A stretch of 64,000 bases of DNA from Malacoraja senta (GCA_038087875.1 CM075989.1:15564001-15628000); one strand, 5' to 3'; shown: positions 26,891-40,992, numbered from the stretch's first letter. Numbers and translations: made by a program. The notes: a model not told the origin generated them from the letters alone.

Positions 26891-27957
26891 GAGTATTGTG
26901 TTCAGTTTTGGTCACCCTGCAATATGAAGGATGTCATTAGCTGTAAAGAATTCAGACAACATTTACGAGGATGTTGCCAGGACCAGACGGCCTGAGCTGT
27001 AGGGAGAGGCTGGTCAAGCTAGGACTTTATTCCTTGGAATGCAGGAGACTGAGGGGTGATCCAGGAAACATAGGTTTAAGGTGAGGGGTGGAAAGATTTA
27101 ATAAGAACCTGACAAGCAACTTTTTCACATAGTGGTGGGTATATGAAACAAGCTGCCAAGGTAATATGAAACAAGATGCTTAGGTAATTCTTCAGATAAT
27201 CATACAGCACAAAAACAGGCCCTTTAGCACAACTTGTTCAAAATACTCACCTAAACGAGTCTAATTCGTCCGTATTTGACCCACATTCCTGTACATCTTT
27301 CCTGTCAAATTAGCTATCTAAATGCCGTCTAAAAGTTATTTTACCTGCCTGAATCACTTCCTCTGGCATTCCATATACCACTCTCTTTCCTCCATATGGT
27401 GTAACCCACTCCCTCGAGTTGCCAACATCCTCTTAAATCTTTTCTGCAATCTCTCCAGCTTATCTTTCCTCAAGTAGGGTGATTCTCCATGTACGGCCTC
27501 ACCAACATTTTGTACAATTGCAACCAACTTCTATATTCAATGCGCTGACTGATGAAGGTCAGCGTGCCAAACACCACCTTCATCCCCTGTCCACCAGTGA
27601 TGCCACTTTCAGGGCGCTATGTACTTGTGCTAGTTTGTCCCTTTGTTCCACAACACTCCCCAGGGCCCCACTGTTTACTATGAAGGTTCTGCCCTGGTTT
27701 GACTTCCCAAAATGTATCATCTCGCATTTAACTCCAATTGCTGTTCTTCAGCCCACATACCCAGCTGATCATGATCTCGCTGTAATTCTGGATGAGCTTC
27801 TCTATTCTCTACAATATCACCTATTTTAGTGTCATCTGTTCCTCAGCCACCAGTTTCTCTTTGCTGTTTTATGCATATTGATTAATGTTTGCAGTCAATA
27901 TTCAAAAACAACATGATTCATTATCACATCCTCATTCGTCTCTTGATCTTGCAGTGC

Positions 27958-29035
27958 AGTTGAGTTTAGTTTATTGTCACGTGTACCGAGGTACAGTGAA
28001 AAGCTTTTGTTGTGTGCTAACCAGTCAGCGGAAAGACAATACACGATTACAGTCGAGCCATTTACAGTGTATAGATACATACAAATACAAATATAAAATT
28101 GCCTTTATTGTTATTCAAACAAACAGAGGTTTGAACGAAATTTCGTTCCCTGCAGTCATAACAGTAAAATAAACATAACACACAATTAGCACAGTTTCAC
28201 ACAAACATCCATCACAGTGAATCTCCAAACACCTCCTCACTGTGAAGGAAGGCAAAAGTCTTATCTCTTCCCTGTTCTTTGTTCTTCTCCCGCGTCGAGG
28301 CGATTGAGGCTCTTGATGTTAAAGCCCCCTGACGGGCGATGGTAAGTCCCGCGGCCGGTTAAGCCGCGCCGGGCGATGTAAGGCCTTGCGACGGGCCGAT
28401 TCAAACCCCACGATTAGGGGCGGGCGAAGTTGCCGTTGCGGGAGCTCCCGAAAATCGGTCTCCCAGCAGGGACCTGCGAGCTCCCGATTTTACCGTCCAC
28501 AGGGCCTGCGGCCGAAGCCTCCGAAGCTCCGCAGTCGGGTCGCAGCCTCCGAGTCAGCCAGCTCCGTGATGGTGAGTGAGTCCGATGGTAGGTGAGTAAG
28601 TGAGTCCGCAGGCTCCGCGACTGGAGCCCCAGGTCGATTCCGGCTGGAGGCCGCCAGCTCCACGATGTTAGGCCCCAGCGAAAACGGAGTCACGACAAGG
28701 AAAAGGTTGTGTCTCCGTTCAAGGAAGAGATTAAAAAGTTTAATCTCCCCCCCCCCCCCCCCCCCACATATACACAACTAGAAATAAACCGAAAACATAT
28801 ACCTAACAAGACAGAAAAAAGAAGTAAGAAGACAGAAGACATGATAAGGGAAAAACGTTTTGTGCAAGGTAAAGCCAGTAAAGTCCGATCAAAGATAGTC
28901 CGAGGGTCACCAAAGAGGTAGATAGTAGTTCAGGACTGCTCCCTATTTGTGGTAGGATGATTCAGTTGCCTAATTACAGCTGGGAAGAAACTGTCCCTGA
29001 ATCCGGAGGTGTGCGTTTTCACACTTCTACACCTT
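27958..29035 (-). mobile_element. LINE 3'-UTR fragment interrupted by a GC-rich non-autonomous insert (~28080-28836)
   Basis: Host sequence tttattgtcacgtgtaccgaggtacagtgaaaagc (similar at ~61340) resumes after a CpG-rich block that has its own aataaa/simple-repeat tail on the minus strand. Confidence 0.55.
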
Positions 29036-29469
29036 GTGCAACTGCAGACCATGTGCATTTTCGGGGAGTTGTTACATTGCAGATTTACTCAAACTTTATG
29101 AACGCTGTTCTTGAATTTATGTTATTTAAATTTTCTCAGGCATGTCACCTGATGCCCAGGGTTATTGACTGTGGACAAAATGGGCAGGGTTTTGATACAC
29201 TGAAGAAATTCTGTTTAGTTTCTTCTTCAAAGACACGTGACCGTAATTGCTAGAATCTGGAACAAAAGCAATTTTTAAGGGTGGATTTACTGGATCAAGC
29301 ATTATCTGTGTGGTGGCAGCGGGATAGTCTGAGATGTTGACTATTCCTGTGCCTCCATGGATGCCGCTCAACCTGCTTTATTTTTGGCTTCAGTTTCTTC
29401 TTCCTTTTACACGGGTTTATTTCCCCTGTGCAAACACATTTCTTCCTGTTCTCAGCTCTATCTGATTTG

Positions 29470-29669
29470 NNNNNNNNNNNNNNNNNNNNNNNNNNNNNNN
29501 NNNNNNNNNNNNNNNNNNNNNNNNNNNNNNNNNNNNNNNNNNNNNNNNNNNNNNNNNNNNNNNNNNNNNNNNNNNNNNNNNNNNNNNNNNNNNNNNNNNN
29601 NNNNNNNNNNNNNNNNNNNNNNNNNNNNNNNNNNNNNNNNNNNNNNNNNNNNNNNNNNNNNNNNNNNNN
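29470..29669. other. Assembly gap (200 N)
   Basis: Run of exactly 200 N. Confidence 1.
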
Positions 29670-30643
29670 GAACATGGATAGGTGACATCTCAGGTCGGGA
29701 CCCTTCTTCAGACCTGATCCGAACCGAAAAGTCACCTATGCATGTTCTCCAGAGATGCCTGCCTGACCCGCTGAGTTACTCCAACACTTTGTGTCCTTTT
29801 GTGTAAATCTGCAGTTCCTTGTTTCTACATTTCAGTGAGGAAGTACAGCCGACATTTTGTGTTGTTCATGAACATCATCCTTTCACACAGAGGCTATCTT
29901 TCTGTTCAAAGATTAGGATGAGTGATCTATCGCTACAGAAATATTGGGTGTAGACAGCCGCTGGTAATAATTATGCACATGGTAATTGTACAAACACCTG
30001 AGGGCCATATTGTTCATATGATTCTGATTGATCTCGGTGTCAGAAAGTTCATAATTGGTTAGCAAGGTAAAAGTCCCTGTCACAGTATTGGCATTTGTAG
30101 TTATGTTCTGGGTTAGTTGTTATGCAGAGCTTTAAATAGGCCAAGAGGTATTCTTTACTGAAGTCCATGTATTTGGAATTTCAGAGCTGCTTCAATTGAA
30201 AATGGTGCTCTATATTGACCAGATGTTCATGAAGACTGCCTCCCTCATTAATAATGTGAGAGGAATTCATGACCACACAGGAAACAGACCAACAATTCTA
30301 GTTGCTCATGTCTGTATATTGTGAAGTTGTTTAAATGCACCCACCCAACCCACAGACTGCATTATCAGGCAATGTGGTGGAACAGAGTCTTGCTCAGCCA
30401 TGACTGATAAAAGAGCTATGCGTGTGGGGATCCCAGTGAAAAATACTTATTTATACTGTCCCCTACTTCACTCTGTTCTCCGGAGTTGCTGCCTAACCAG
30501 CTGAGTAAATCCAGCCAGTCAGACACTGTGATCTGGTGTACAATGAGGAGAAAGTCCTTTAATGCAGGTGTCAGAGAGACAAGTAGCAGGAGCACATATA
30601 TCAGAAAATGTTTGTTGAAATATAAGCAGGTTAGTTTGCTAAC

Positions 30644-30866
30644 TAGTTTAGGTTAGAAATGCATTTTGGAAACACGCCCTTCGGCCCACTGGGTCCACGC
30701 CGACCAGCAATCATCCGTACACTAGTTCTAACCTACATGCTAGGGACAATTTACAGAAGCTAATGAACCTACAAACCTACACATCTTTGGAATATGGGAG
30801 GAAACGGGAGCACCTGATGAAAACCCACGGTGTCACAGGGAGAACGTACAGACACACACACACACA

Positions 30867-30906
<40 letters not shown>

Positions 30907-31114
30907 GACACACACACACACACGCACACACACACACACACACACACATGCGCTCAGACACACAGAGAGACACACACACACACACACACCACGCACACAC
31001 GCCCTCATAGACACACACGCACACACACACACACACACACACAAACGCACACACAAACACACACACCCACATGCGCTCAGACACACAGAGAGACACACAC
31101 CACACACACACACA

Positions 31115-31156
<42 letters not shown>

Positions 31157-31196
31157 ACATGCGCTCAGACACACAGAGAGACACACGACACACACA

Positions 31197-31237
<41 letters not shown>

Positions 31238-31273
31238 CACACAGACACACACACACACACACACACACATACA

Positions 31274-31309
<36 letters not shown>

Positions 31310-31357
31310 GCACACACACACATACACAGAGACACACACACACACACACACACACAG

Positions 31358-31412
<55 letters not shown>

Positions 31413-31475
31413 CACCTGATCGTACTTGGGTCTGTGGCGCAGTAAGACCACAGCTCTACTGCTGCACCCACTGTA
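30644..31475 (-). mobile_element. tRNA-derived SINE split by an expanded (CA)n array
   Basis: SINE body at 30644-30850; the SINE head resumes at ~31415-31475 (gggtctgtggcgcagtaagaccacagctctactgctgcacc). Confidence 0.75.
30848..31412. repeat. Compound (CA)n microsatellite with higher-order unit
   Basis: ~565 bp of CA repeats with three copies of acatgcgctcagacacacagagagacacac. Confidence 0.97.
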
Positions 31476-34023
31476 CTGCCCAACTACCTGGATGAAATGT
31501 AGGAAATATAAAGCGGATCAGCCCCGTTGGTGGAGAGAGAGGAATGGCTAACCTTTCAGAAAAACAGTTAACATTATCAGAAGCATGAATAGGGTAGACA
31601 ATCAGAATCTTTTTCCTGTGTTGGAAAGTCAAAGACTGGAGGGGCATAGGTTTGAGGTGATAGAGGAAAGATGAAAGGAGATGTGTGAGGCAAGAGTACA
31701 GAGAGTGGTGGGTACCTGGAACACATTGCCAAGAATGGTCATGGGAGCAGGTATAATAGTGGTATTTAAGAAGCTTTTAGAAAGGCACGGATGTGCAGGG
31801 AATGGAGAGATATACTGTTGATGCTAAACTTTGTTTCTCTTTCCATTTTCGGGTGAATTACTTTTCATCAGAACTGGAAAGAAAATGCAGCTAAACACGT
31901 TTAAAGGTGCAGAGTGAGGGAGCAGCAAGGAGAGGTGGAGGGGTAATGTCCGTGACAAGGTGGATCACACTGCAGCCTTGATGCCGCCCTCCACCTTGTT
32001 GTCCAATGCCGCTTTTTCCCCCCTTGCCTCCAGCTTTTCGTAGGTGCTATGGTTTGCTCCTGATTATTACTATTCTCCTTTCACCTGCGCCTTCCTCTGG
32101 AGCTGCAGTGCCTGCCTGTTCACCATCTCCCTTTGCACCTTCCAGGGCTCCAACTGTTTTCCCACCTCCTCCAGTTGCGTATGCCGTGCTTGTAGCTCAC
32201 TGGGTCACCACTGTGGGAAGGCCTAACGCAGATTGGGTGACAGGTTTTAAGAAGACTTGCACTGAGTCTGCAAGCGAGACTCCAAGTCCTGGTCATCCAA
32301 GTCCTGGTCATCTCCCACTGGTGTTCCCCATCCAATAAACCTCAACCTCAACATGAGGAGCAGCGCCTCCTCCTCTGACTCAGTACTTTACACAAAATTC
32401 CGTGAATTCAAATAATCTCTGTGGCTCCCATTTACACATTTTCTGGCCAAACGATGCTACTTTGTGTCTTGAACAATTGTATCCCTTCTGTCAGTTCATT
32501 CATTTAATATTTCAGATTTCCAGCTTCCACACTTTTGCTATTGCATCACAAAATTAAACGTGTACAGAACTCTTTTCTGGAAAGCAAGTGACAGCAATTG
32601 AGAACCGATTATTCACTGTTTTCTTTGCTTTGAACTGTCGGGTGTGCAAATCATATAACACTGTGCAAATCATATAACACTCAGATAGTTGGGGAAGATG
32701 AACAAGAAGGTGACACCAGAAGTGACATAATTAAGGTGCAGCAATTTCTTAAAAAGGAGCTGCATTCTGTAAAGTCCGTCAAACCGGTCGATCATACATT
32801 CCTAGAGAGCCAGTTTGGTTTCACTGGCGCTGAACTCAATGGTGCGCACTTGTTTCCATGAACTGGAAATACTGCTGTTCATATGTAAAGACATGGTTGG
32901 GATATTTCTTAATAAAATATGTTGCAGATCGGTAAACAGATGTAACAACAATGCACTGAAATCAGTTTCTGTTGAAACAGAAATTCTATTAGGAAGAAAA
33001 GGAAGTACTTGTATTTACATAATGCTTTAAAACATCATCCAGATATGTTGCAGCCCTTTAAATCCAATTAGATACTTGTGTGTACACTGTTAGACAACAT
33101 GATGGTCCCAAAATACTGCAAGTGCCAAGCTGCAAGGAACAACAAACTAACTGAGAGGTAGTCTATTGGTGTACCTTTGAGAGGGGACATGTTGGTTATT
33201 ATCACACAGTTCTTGTTCAAGAGCAGTGTCTCTCTCACTAACAAGGGAGTTTGGAGCAGCTTGAACATTTGGAGAGAGGTTGAAGTCAGGGATTGGTGAT
33301 GGAGCAACATTCCACATTCTTTCTTTAATGCAATTGGTAGCCTAGGTTGGCAGCATTAACAGATATATAAATGTAGTAATAAATAATGCTAATTGGATGG
33401 AATACAGTACCAAATGTATTGAACTAACACTGGGAAACTGCAGGAAAGAGATTTGGAATTATGCCCAGAGTTTACAAGGAGGTTGAAGGAACAAAACTCT
33501 GCTTTCTTCTTTTTTTCTTACGCTGCTTGAACTTGTCAACGTGTTGTGGCAGCAGTTGAGTTTGGATTCTGAAGGGCTGATTCAGTACCCTGGTGCTCAG
33601 TGACCACTTTAAAGTGGTAACATTTCAAACGGGTTGGTTTATTTTCTGTTTTTCTTTTAATTTAAGCACTTTTTATATTTATCAAATGAACGTTGCTGGA
33701 TTTAGTTAGCTTATCTGACTTTCGTCGTGCAGTCAGTGTACACTGTTGGCTCATTCACATTCTCTGGGATATCCAGATGCTGCCCTCCATTCTGGGCCCA
33801 GTCTCCGAATGCCAGCTGCATCTAGATTTAAAGTAACAATCTCCTGCTAAGATAGAACGAGGAAACAGAATGTCTGTGTCCTACATATTCATGGACAGTC
33901 ACAAACTGCATCGCCAGGTTGGACTATAGGAGGTAAGCTAACTATCCAGCAAAGACCATTCAATAAATATAAAAACTGCTTAAATAAAAACAGAAAATAT
34001 ACCAACATTTTTTTAATCAACAC

Positions 34024-34345
34024 GGCGGCAAGGTGGAGCAGCGGTGGAGCTGCTGCCTTACAGCACCAGAGACCCGAGTTCGATCCTGACTACGGATGCT
34101 GTCTGTACCTAGTTTGTACGTTCTCCCTGTGACCGCGTGGGTTTTCTCCGGGTGCTCCAGTTTCCTCCCACACTCCAAAGACGTTCAGGTATGTAGGTTA
34201 ATTGGCTTCTGTAAAAAAGATTGTAAGTTGTCCCTGGTGTGTACGATAATGTTAGTATACGGGGCGATCACTGGTCGGCACGGACTTGGTGGGCTGAAGG
34301 GCACGTTTCCACGCGCTATCTATACAGTCTAAAGGTAAAGTAAAG
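34024..34345 (+). mobile_element. tRNA-derived SINE (V-SINE/HE1-like)
   Basis: A-box-like ggtggagcagcggtgg, B-box gagttcgatcc, central ggtgctccagtttcctcccacactccaaagacg, and CR1-like tail gggctgaaggg... Confidence 0.85.
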
Positions 34346-34832
34346 GGTCTGAAACCCTTTCTGCACCACACACTTGGATGCCTGTGGAATATGCTCATTC
34401 CCTTGGAGAAGATCTTCCCCAATAAAACCCTACCTCTCCCCACTGCAGTTTCTCTTTCTTTCGCTCTCCCCCTCTCCTTCTCTTTTGCCCTTGCCCTCTC
34501 TTTTACTCTCGCTCTCTATCACCCCCTCTCTCTCACGAATGGGAATCCTAGGCTCCATGTCTATCCCGCCTGCCTCTCCTGATAGATTACACTATAGGAT
34601 GGTGCTGGAAAAGCCCCGGGCCACAAAATAATCAAGAAAACTTTCATAGTTGAAGCATGGCATCTGAATTAACCGGCGATCAAAATGACACTGACATTCC
34701 GAAACAATCGAAAACATTTCAAAATAATAAAAAAATTGATGAAGCTTTTTTTAAATTGATAAAATATTAGTAACTTCAAGAAAATTAAATTAAACAATTA
34801 GAAGCATTCAGCCTAAAATAAACAATGAGGGC

Positions 34833-35130
34833 GTTTAGTTTACATGGAAACCGGTCCTTCGGCCCATCGGCCCACCGAGGCAATGCAAACCATCGATCAC
34901 CCATTCACACTAATGCTATGTTATCCCATTTTCGCATCCACTCCCTATACACTTGAGACAATTTATAAAGGCCAATTGACCTACAAACCCACATATCTTT
35001 GGGATATCGGAGGAAACTGAAGCACCCAGGGAAAGCTACAGGGAGAATGTGCAAACTCCACACACAGTCAGGATTGGACCTGGGTCTCTGGTGTTCGAGG
35101 CAGCTGCTTTACCAGCTGTGCCACCGTACC
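34833..35130 (-). mobile_element. tRNA-derived SINE
   Basis: Reverse-complement match to the 34024 copy. Confidence 0.8.
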
Positions 35131-36829
35131 ACACGCATGCTTAATCCATCTGGAGATCAGGGGAGGTGATCTCCCAACACCAGGTCTCAGTGACGTGAGA
35201 CTGTTGCATCTTCACACGTCCCTGCTGAACGCCTGGGTGGATATGCCGATACAGAAATCCCACATTTACTGTGACTCAGACAGGGAAATGCCGTGAGTTG
35301 TGTGTGGAATGACAGGTATTGTTGTGGAGAATACAGCCCACGGACGCAAGTGCTACCTGGTCAATGGATTTAAACAAAACAAATGACTGCAAATGTTGAA
35401 AAACAGAAACATTAATTAACAAAACTAAGTGAGTCACAACCTGAAAGAATGACCAGCTGACGTGTTGGGTTTGTTGATCTGGAGTCGATTATTATCTGCT
35501 AAAAACTTTAAACAAAATATTTGATGCCAAAAACAAAATCTGATGTACATATGTGAAATACCAAATCAATGGTGACTCTAAGAATCAGTTTTAAAAGCTT
35601 GTTCGGTTATCATTCTTTTGTTTAAAATGCAGACTATTTTTCTGGTGAATGGGAGTTCCAGGCGTTCTTTTATCAGTGCCGATTATTATAACTTGGATGG
35701 TTCCAGCATTCCCTTTGGAGAGCTGCCAGAGCTCGATGTCTCTGTGTAATATTCTACACGAGTTTGCTGGGGTATGAGCATGTTACTTTTGGCAACAGCT
35801 TGGGATTGAAATTGTTTTGGTTGTAGAAGGGGGGTTGTGAGTTGGTGGGTGCGAAAGAGATAAGATGTGGAATCTTGGCAAGGGATATTCCTACAAGCGG
35901 TTGTTTCTGTGAAAGTTTGCTTTTGTTGGTTTCTAATCTTCCCAAATGTGATGCTGTGTCTGGCATGGAAGAGGAGAACAAATCGCAGCTGATATCCTAA
36001 TCTCGGAAAGAGTAAAAGCCTACAAGCTCTCTGGTTTTAAACAGAACCCCTCCCACTTGGAGCAGGAGAGTTCATCCATTGTTACTTTCCTCTGTCGGTT
36101 CTCGCCTATAGATTTAACCATTGATTTACCAGTGCCCAAGGATAACTATTTCAACTGTAAAAGTGTGTTGCAGTGCAAATGAACAAAACTCCCATTGAGT
36201 GAGGAAGCCTGACCTTAATTTGAACCACTTGGTGAGGACCAAGTCATTCAGCCTGAAGTTTTTTCCCATGTTACCATTAAACAAAATTACAATAAATTGA
36301 TTGTAGAGATATGGTTTCAGTTTTCATCACTATTTATTATATTCATGCTATTGGCAAACTACTGCTCTCTCCTGCCTTGGGGCCTGCCCTGCTCACACGG
36401 GGTAATTATTTTGATTGTATTTCATGTCCCACCCAAAATCTCCTATATCATCCCAGCCTGTTAAAATGCTACACTCCCTTGCAGAATAAAACCCCACCTC
36501 CCCTCACTGCATTTTTGCTGCTCTAATATCTCTCTCACTCTAATATCTCTCACTAATATCTCCCTCACTCACCCTACCTTGTATTAATTGGACATCACCT
36601 TTGAGATGCTTTTTCTTTGCTTCATTGAAAGCTTCACGACACAGACCCACTATTTCCTTTTCCATTGCAATCTGTCTTTGCCGGCAATTGCAGGTTTAAT
36701 CTGAAGATCAGAGTGCTTGAGGAACTCAGTGGGTCAGACAACATCTGTGGAGAGAAAGACGATGTTTTGGGTCGATCTGAAGCGTCACCTGTCCGTTCCC
36801 TCCACATGCTGCGTGACCCACTGAGTTTA

Positions 36830-37105
36830 GTTAAGAGGTGGGAGAAACAGTCCCCTCGGCCCACTGAGCCCATGCCGACCAGCGATCACCTCTTCATACA
36901 AGTTCTATTCTACACACTAGGGGCAATTTACAGAAGCTAATTAACCTACAAACGTGCACGGATTTGGAATGTGACTGGACACCTGGAGAAAATCCATGTG
37001 GACACAGTGAATGTGCAGACTCCGTACAGACAGCACCCGTAGTCAGAAATGAACCCGGGTCTCTGGTGCTGTTAGGCAGCAACTCTACCATGCGCCACCG
37101 TGCTG
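36830..37105 (-). mobile_element. tRNA-derived SINE
   Basis: Reverse-complement match (gaacccgggtctctggtgctgttaggcagcaactctaccatgcgccaccgtg). Confidence 0.8.
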
Positions 37106-38635
37106 TCATCCAGCCCTTCCTGTGTCTCTCTTCTTTATTCTAAAGCTGTTCTGTTTTCATGGCAATTGCCATCTTTTCTAATGAACTTTGATATTGAAGT
37201 TCAGAATGACTCTGAGTTTTCTTCCATTTAACCTGGTCATACGTGGATTGCTGTCTGCGTCTCACTGGATCACATGGTCCTTGGTGCGTTCAGGCTCAGC
37301 TTCTCCCAAGGCAGGCTCTTCCCTTAATTATGAAGACCACGTTCCTCAGCCCTGAAAACATTGCTTGCATCTTTACGTCGCCCAGCCTCACATTACTGTG
37401 AAGCCATGCTCCCTGTAGTTTAAAGCTGGAAATCCTCATTTGCTCTTTTTTGGGGGGTCCCTGATCATTGTGCAAGCTGTGTTGTGCAAAGCATGTTACA
37501 TCTCGCTTATTGTTGAACAGCAGTGCAGTTTAAAGTAGTGTTTCTACGGGAAAATATTCTGTCTCAAATCTTCTGTGGCCTATTTCTGCAACATCCCCCA
37601 ACCCTGTGCCCTTTCAAGGTCACACTGTTTCTTGGCCATTGACTGCTTCCAGTTTGCCAAATCCTCTCATCTCGTTCCTTTAAAGTACTGTGCATTCAAA
37701 TAAAAACCTTAAGCTTTGATGTTTTTACAATTTTTTTTCACTCCAGTCTTTCTGTTGCACACTTTCACTTATATTGATTGCCATTCTCTCCCTCACTACC
37801 CTGCATCACCTCTCTCTCATTCTTCTTAATCTATGAAACCTATTTTCACTTAAGCCCTACCCATTTCCAATGAGTTTAAAGCCTATCTGCAGCCCTCTTT
37901 ATGCAATTTACCAGGACACTGCTACCTGAACAGTTCAGATGCAGCCCATCTCAACACATCAGCTGCTTCCAACCCATGAATCAAGATCCACCTCTCCCGC
38001 ACCAAGTTTTGATCCACCTCCAATCCGATTCACTTTCTGCAAATGTACATGCGATTATCACTCTTGGGGTGACATGAGTCTGCAGATGCTGAAATCTTGA
38101 GTAGGAGAAGAACTGCTGGAGGAACTCAGTGTGTCAGGAGGCATCTGTGGAAGAAAATGGACAGATGACGCTTTGGGTCGGGTCCCTTCTTCAGAATGAA
38201 CTCGCAGGAGGGTCCTGAGCCAAGTCGTCATCTGTTCTGTTCTCTCTGCAGATGTTGCCTGGTCTTCTGGTTTCCAACAGCAGATTAAAAAAAAAAATCA
38301 CCTTTGTTGTTCTGCTTTTCAATTTTGCCCAGAACTGCACATAATTCCTCAGCAGTGTCCTTCCTGGTTCTGTTCATATTGTTGGTTGCCACATGGATCA
38401 TGGCAACTGTTAAAGATGGAATCTGTGTCTGGTATAGAGCAGAGTGGGGGACTAAGCACCCACAGTCACATTATCATTCTCCAAGTTTCCAAAAATTAAT
38501 CTGACCGGTGTGACTCCCTCCAGGAATAATGTGTCCAGGCAATTCTCCCCCTCCCGATGTGTCTCAGTGTTAGGAGCTCAGATTCCAGTTTGTCAACCCT
38601 GAGCAAAAGTTCCCCAGCAGCCAACACTTGCTGCA

Positions 38636-38768
38636 AGTCTGAAGAAGGGTCTTGACCCAAAACATCGCCTATCCATGCTCTTCAGAGATACTGCTTGACC
38701 CGCTGAGTTATTCCAGCACTTTGTGTCCTGTTGTGTGTTAACCAGTATCTGTAGTTCTTTCTTTCTAT
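38636..38768 (+). mobile_element. Hammerhead-bearing short element (core decayed)
   Basis: Exact 11-bp TSD cacttgctgca (38625-38635 / 38769-38779); gtctgaagaagggtcttgacccaaaacatc. Confidence 0.8.
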
Positions 38769-39154
38769 CACTTGCTGCAGATGTTGTTACTGTTTACCAC
38801 AAGGGGGTTGATAATGTTGCAACTACAACATCTCACCATCTTGGTTCTGATTAATTAGTTGGATTGATTAGTTTAATTGATTTGAATTGGACTTTGCCAC
38901 TTTAAATATGCACTCCTTATCCCCACTGAAGTATCCTGATTTCAATTTCAGAAAGGACAGAGAGAAAAATATAAAATAAAAATATCCAGCAATCTCCTTC
39001 ATGCTGCCCTGTGAGCCAATAGTCTGTCACTCTTAGTCAGAGATTGGGCAATTAGGGATGCCTGATAAACAAAGGCCTTGCCAATGAAGCCCAAGATGAA
39101 TAAACTATGTGTGGCATTCTTACAGCGCAGGTAATCCATGCTACTGTCACCTTT

Positions 39155-39248
39155 GTCTGAAGAAGGGTTTCGGCCCGAAACATTACCTATTTCCTTCGCT
39201 CCATAGATGCTGCTGCACCCGCTGAGTTTCTCCAGCATTTTTGTGTAC
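39155..39248 (+). mobile_element. Hammerhead-bearing short element (second subfamily)
   Basis: Exact 14-bp TSD ctactgtcaccttt (39141-39154 / 39249-39262); gtctgaagaagggtttcggcccgaaacatt. Confidence 0.85.
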
Positions 39249-40552
39249 CTACTGTCACCTTTATTGTTTTGAATGGCAACGTTTATTCAAGGCAAGTGTG
39301 CTTCTATTGTACACCTGTCTGTATTGTGTGGGGACTGAGAGTCCCATTTCTTCCTGTGGTAACTGTTTTCATCTTGATCTTTCTTGGCCTTCAAACAATC
39401 ACAGACTGGAAGCATTTTAGTGCTTCAAAAAAAAATGGTGTCAATTTATTCATTTTCAATGTTGTTCAAACTCGTTCTTCTCCTCTGCATTTCCACGTGC
39501 ATTGACAGAACTCAACTGATGTAAGTGCTAAACGTCAAAAGCCCAACTGTCTTTCCCAGAAGTGCGACTGCCTTGCGGCAGCAGATGACAGCAAGGTATT
39601 TTAAACATTTGGCGTATGTTATAATCAGGTACAGGAAATATAGTGCATGTACTTCTCTCCAAACTCGTGGAGGATTGACAGAGAATGATTACAATTGCAT
39701 GACCCTGATCATTTGTACAGTTCACTATTTCTTCTGTAAATATATTTCATTGTTTCTAAATGTGAAAAGAGCCATGCCATAATATCATTTTACAGCTTAA
39801 CAAGCTACCAGAGCAATCAGATGTTGATCCGATCAAGACCTTTATTGGTAGTTGTCAGTCCTGTGGTAAGGTAAACACCAATGCAAGCTTGTGCTGTCAT
39901 GATGTTGGATGTCATGCATGTTCATTTAGAAGCACTCAGCAGACAATAGACAATAGCGTGGGGATCCTTGGTGATGGTGAGGCCTCTGCGGCAATGGGAT
40001 CCACGGTGGCTGTGGAGCATTGGGGGGGGGGGGGGGGGAGACAATGGGGACCCAGCGTGAGAGGACCGCATGAGGGATGGTGGGAGAACAAAGGTGAACC
40101 CGGGGAGGGGGTGGGGCACTGTAGTTTTAGAATCCTCTGCCCAGGGGATAAGTCTGCGTTTGTTCGTTCCTTCATTCCGGTTTATGCGCTGTGTACACGA
40201 CAGCCAGCCAACAGTCGCTTGGCCTTTTCTTCTTTTTTTCACTTTTAATTTCAAGTATTTTGTGTACCTTGTTGTGTGTTGTGACTGTTGGCAGACTAAC
40301 TTCCCTTCTGTGGATGAATAAAGTTATCGTATTGTATCGTGTCGTATATAGACATTTTACATAGAGTATGGTAACATCTGATGAGTGAATCTGAGTTATA
40401 TAATTTGATGATTGAATTGTTCTTCATCAGTGACATGTATTATGAATCCATTACAACTGCTGGAGGAAGTGTTATTGATGGTGATAGCATGTAATTAATA
40501 GTTTGGGTAATGTTTATAATTCAAACATGTATGGAAAGAGTAGGGGGTGAAT

Positions 40553-40765
40553 GGGCAGTCACGGTGGCACAGCGGTAGAGTTGCTGCCTTACAGCAAATT
40601 GCAGCGCCAGAGACCCGGGTTCGATCCCGACTACGGGTGCTGTCTGTATGGGACTTTGTACATTCTCCCCGTGATCTGCGCGGGTTTTCTCCGAGGTTTC
40701 CTCCCACACTCGAAAGACGTACAGGTTTGTAGGTTAATTGGCTTGATAAAAAATGTAAAATTGTC
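40553..40765 (+). mobile_element. tRNA-derived SINE, 3'-truncated
   Basis: ggtggcacagcggtaga A-box, gggttcgatccc B-box and conserved central domain. Confidence 0.85.
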
Positions 40766-40992
40766 CAAGTTGGCGATATGCAGAGTACTGCCCTGCCGAC
40801 TACAAAATTCAGAAGGTTCAGAAGGAATATTCCATCATCAACTATAAACCAGGCTAGGTCCGTAAAGTTAGAAAAAACATTTAATATTAATTTAATGTTT
40901 TTTGTTTTTGTTTGTCTACATTGTTTTGGACATGGATCTCAGTATTATATTGAAAGTTCACAGGTTTTATTGCTAAATTATTCCCATTATAG

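Larger units (their letters stand above)
25815..27160 (+). mobile_element. CR1-like LINE reverse-transcriptase fragment, decayed
   Basis: Readable motifs: ANIVPLFKKGCKEKPG, AFDKVPHGRL, VPQRSVLGPLLF, KFADDSK, MEFNADKCEVLHFGK. Confidence 0.9.

Noticed and set aside
29295..29806. ORFs spanning the N run
   Set aside because: Artefacts of the assembly gap.
30763..31495. His/Thr- and Cys/Val-rich ORFs of up to 221 aa
   Set aside because: Translations of the (CA)n microsatellite.
32282..32680. Short perfect tandem duplications (15 bp at ~32282, 19 bp at ~32643)
   Set aside because: Ordinary slippage duplications with no further structure.
34024..34100. tRNA gene
   Set aside because: The A/B boxes belong to a SINE head that continues into a multi-copy SINE body; no complete cloverleaf was evident.
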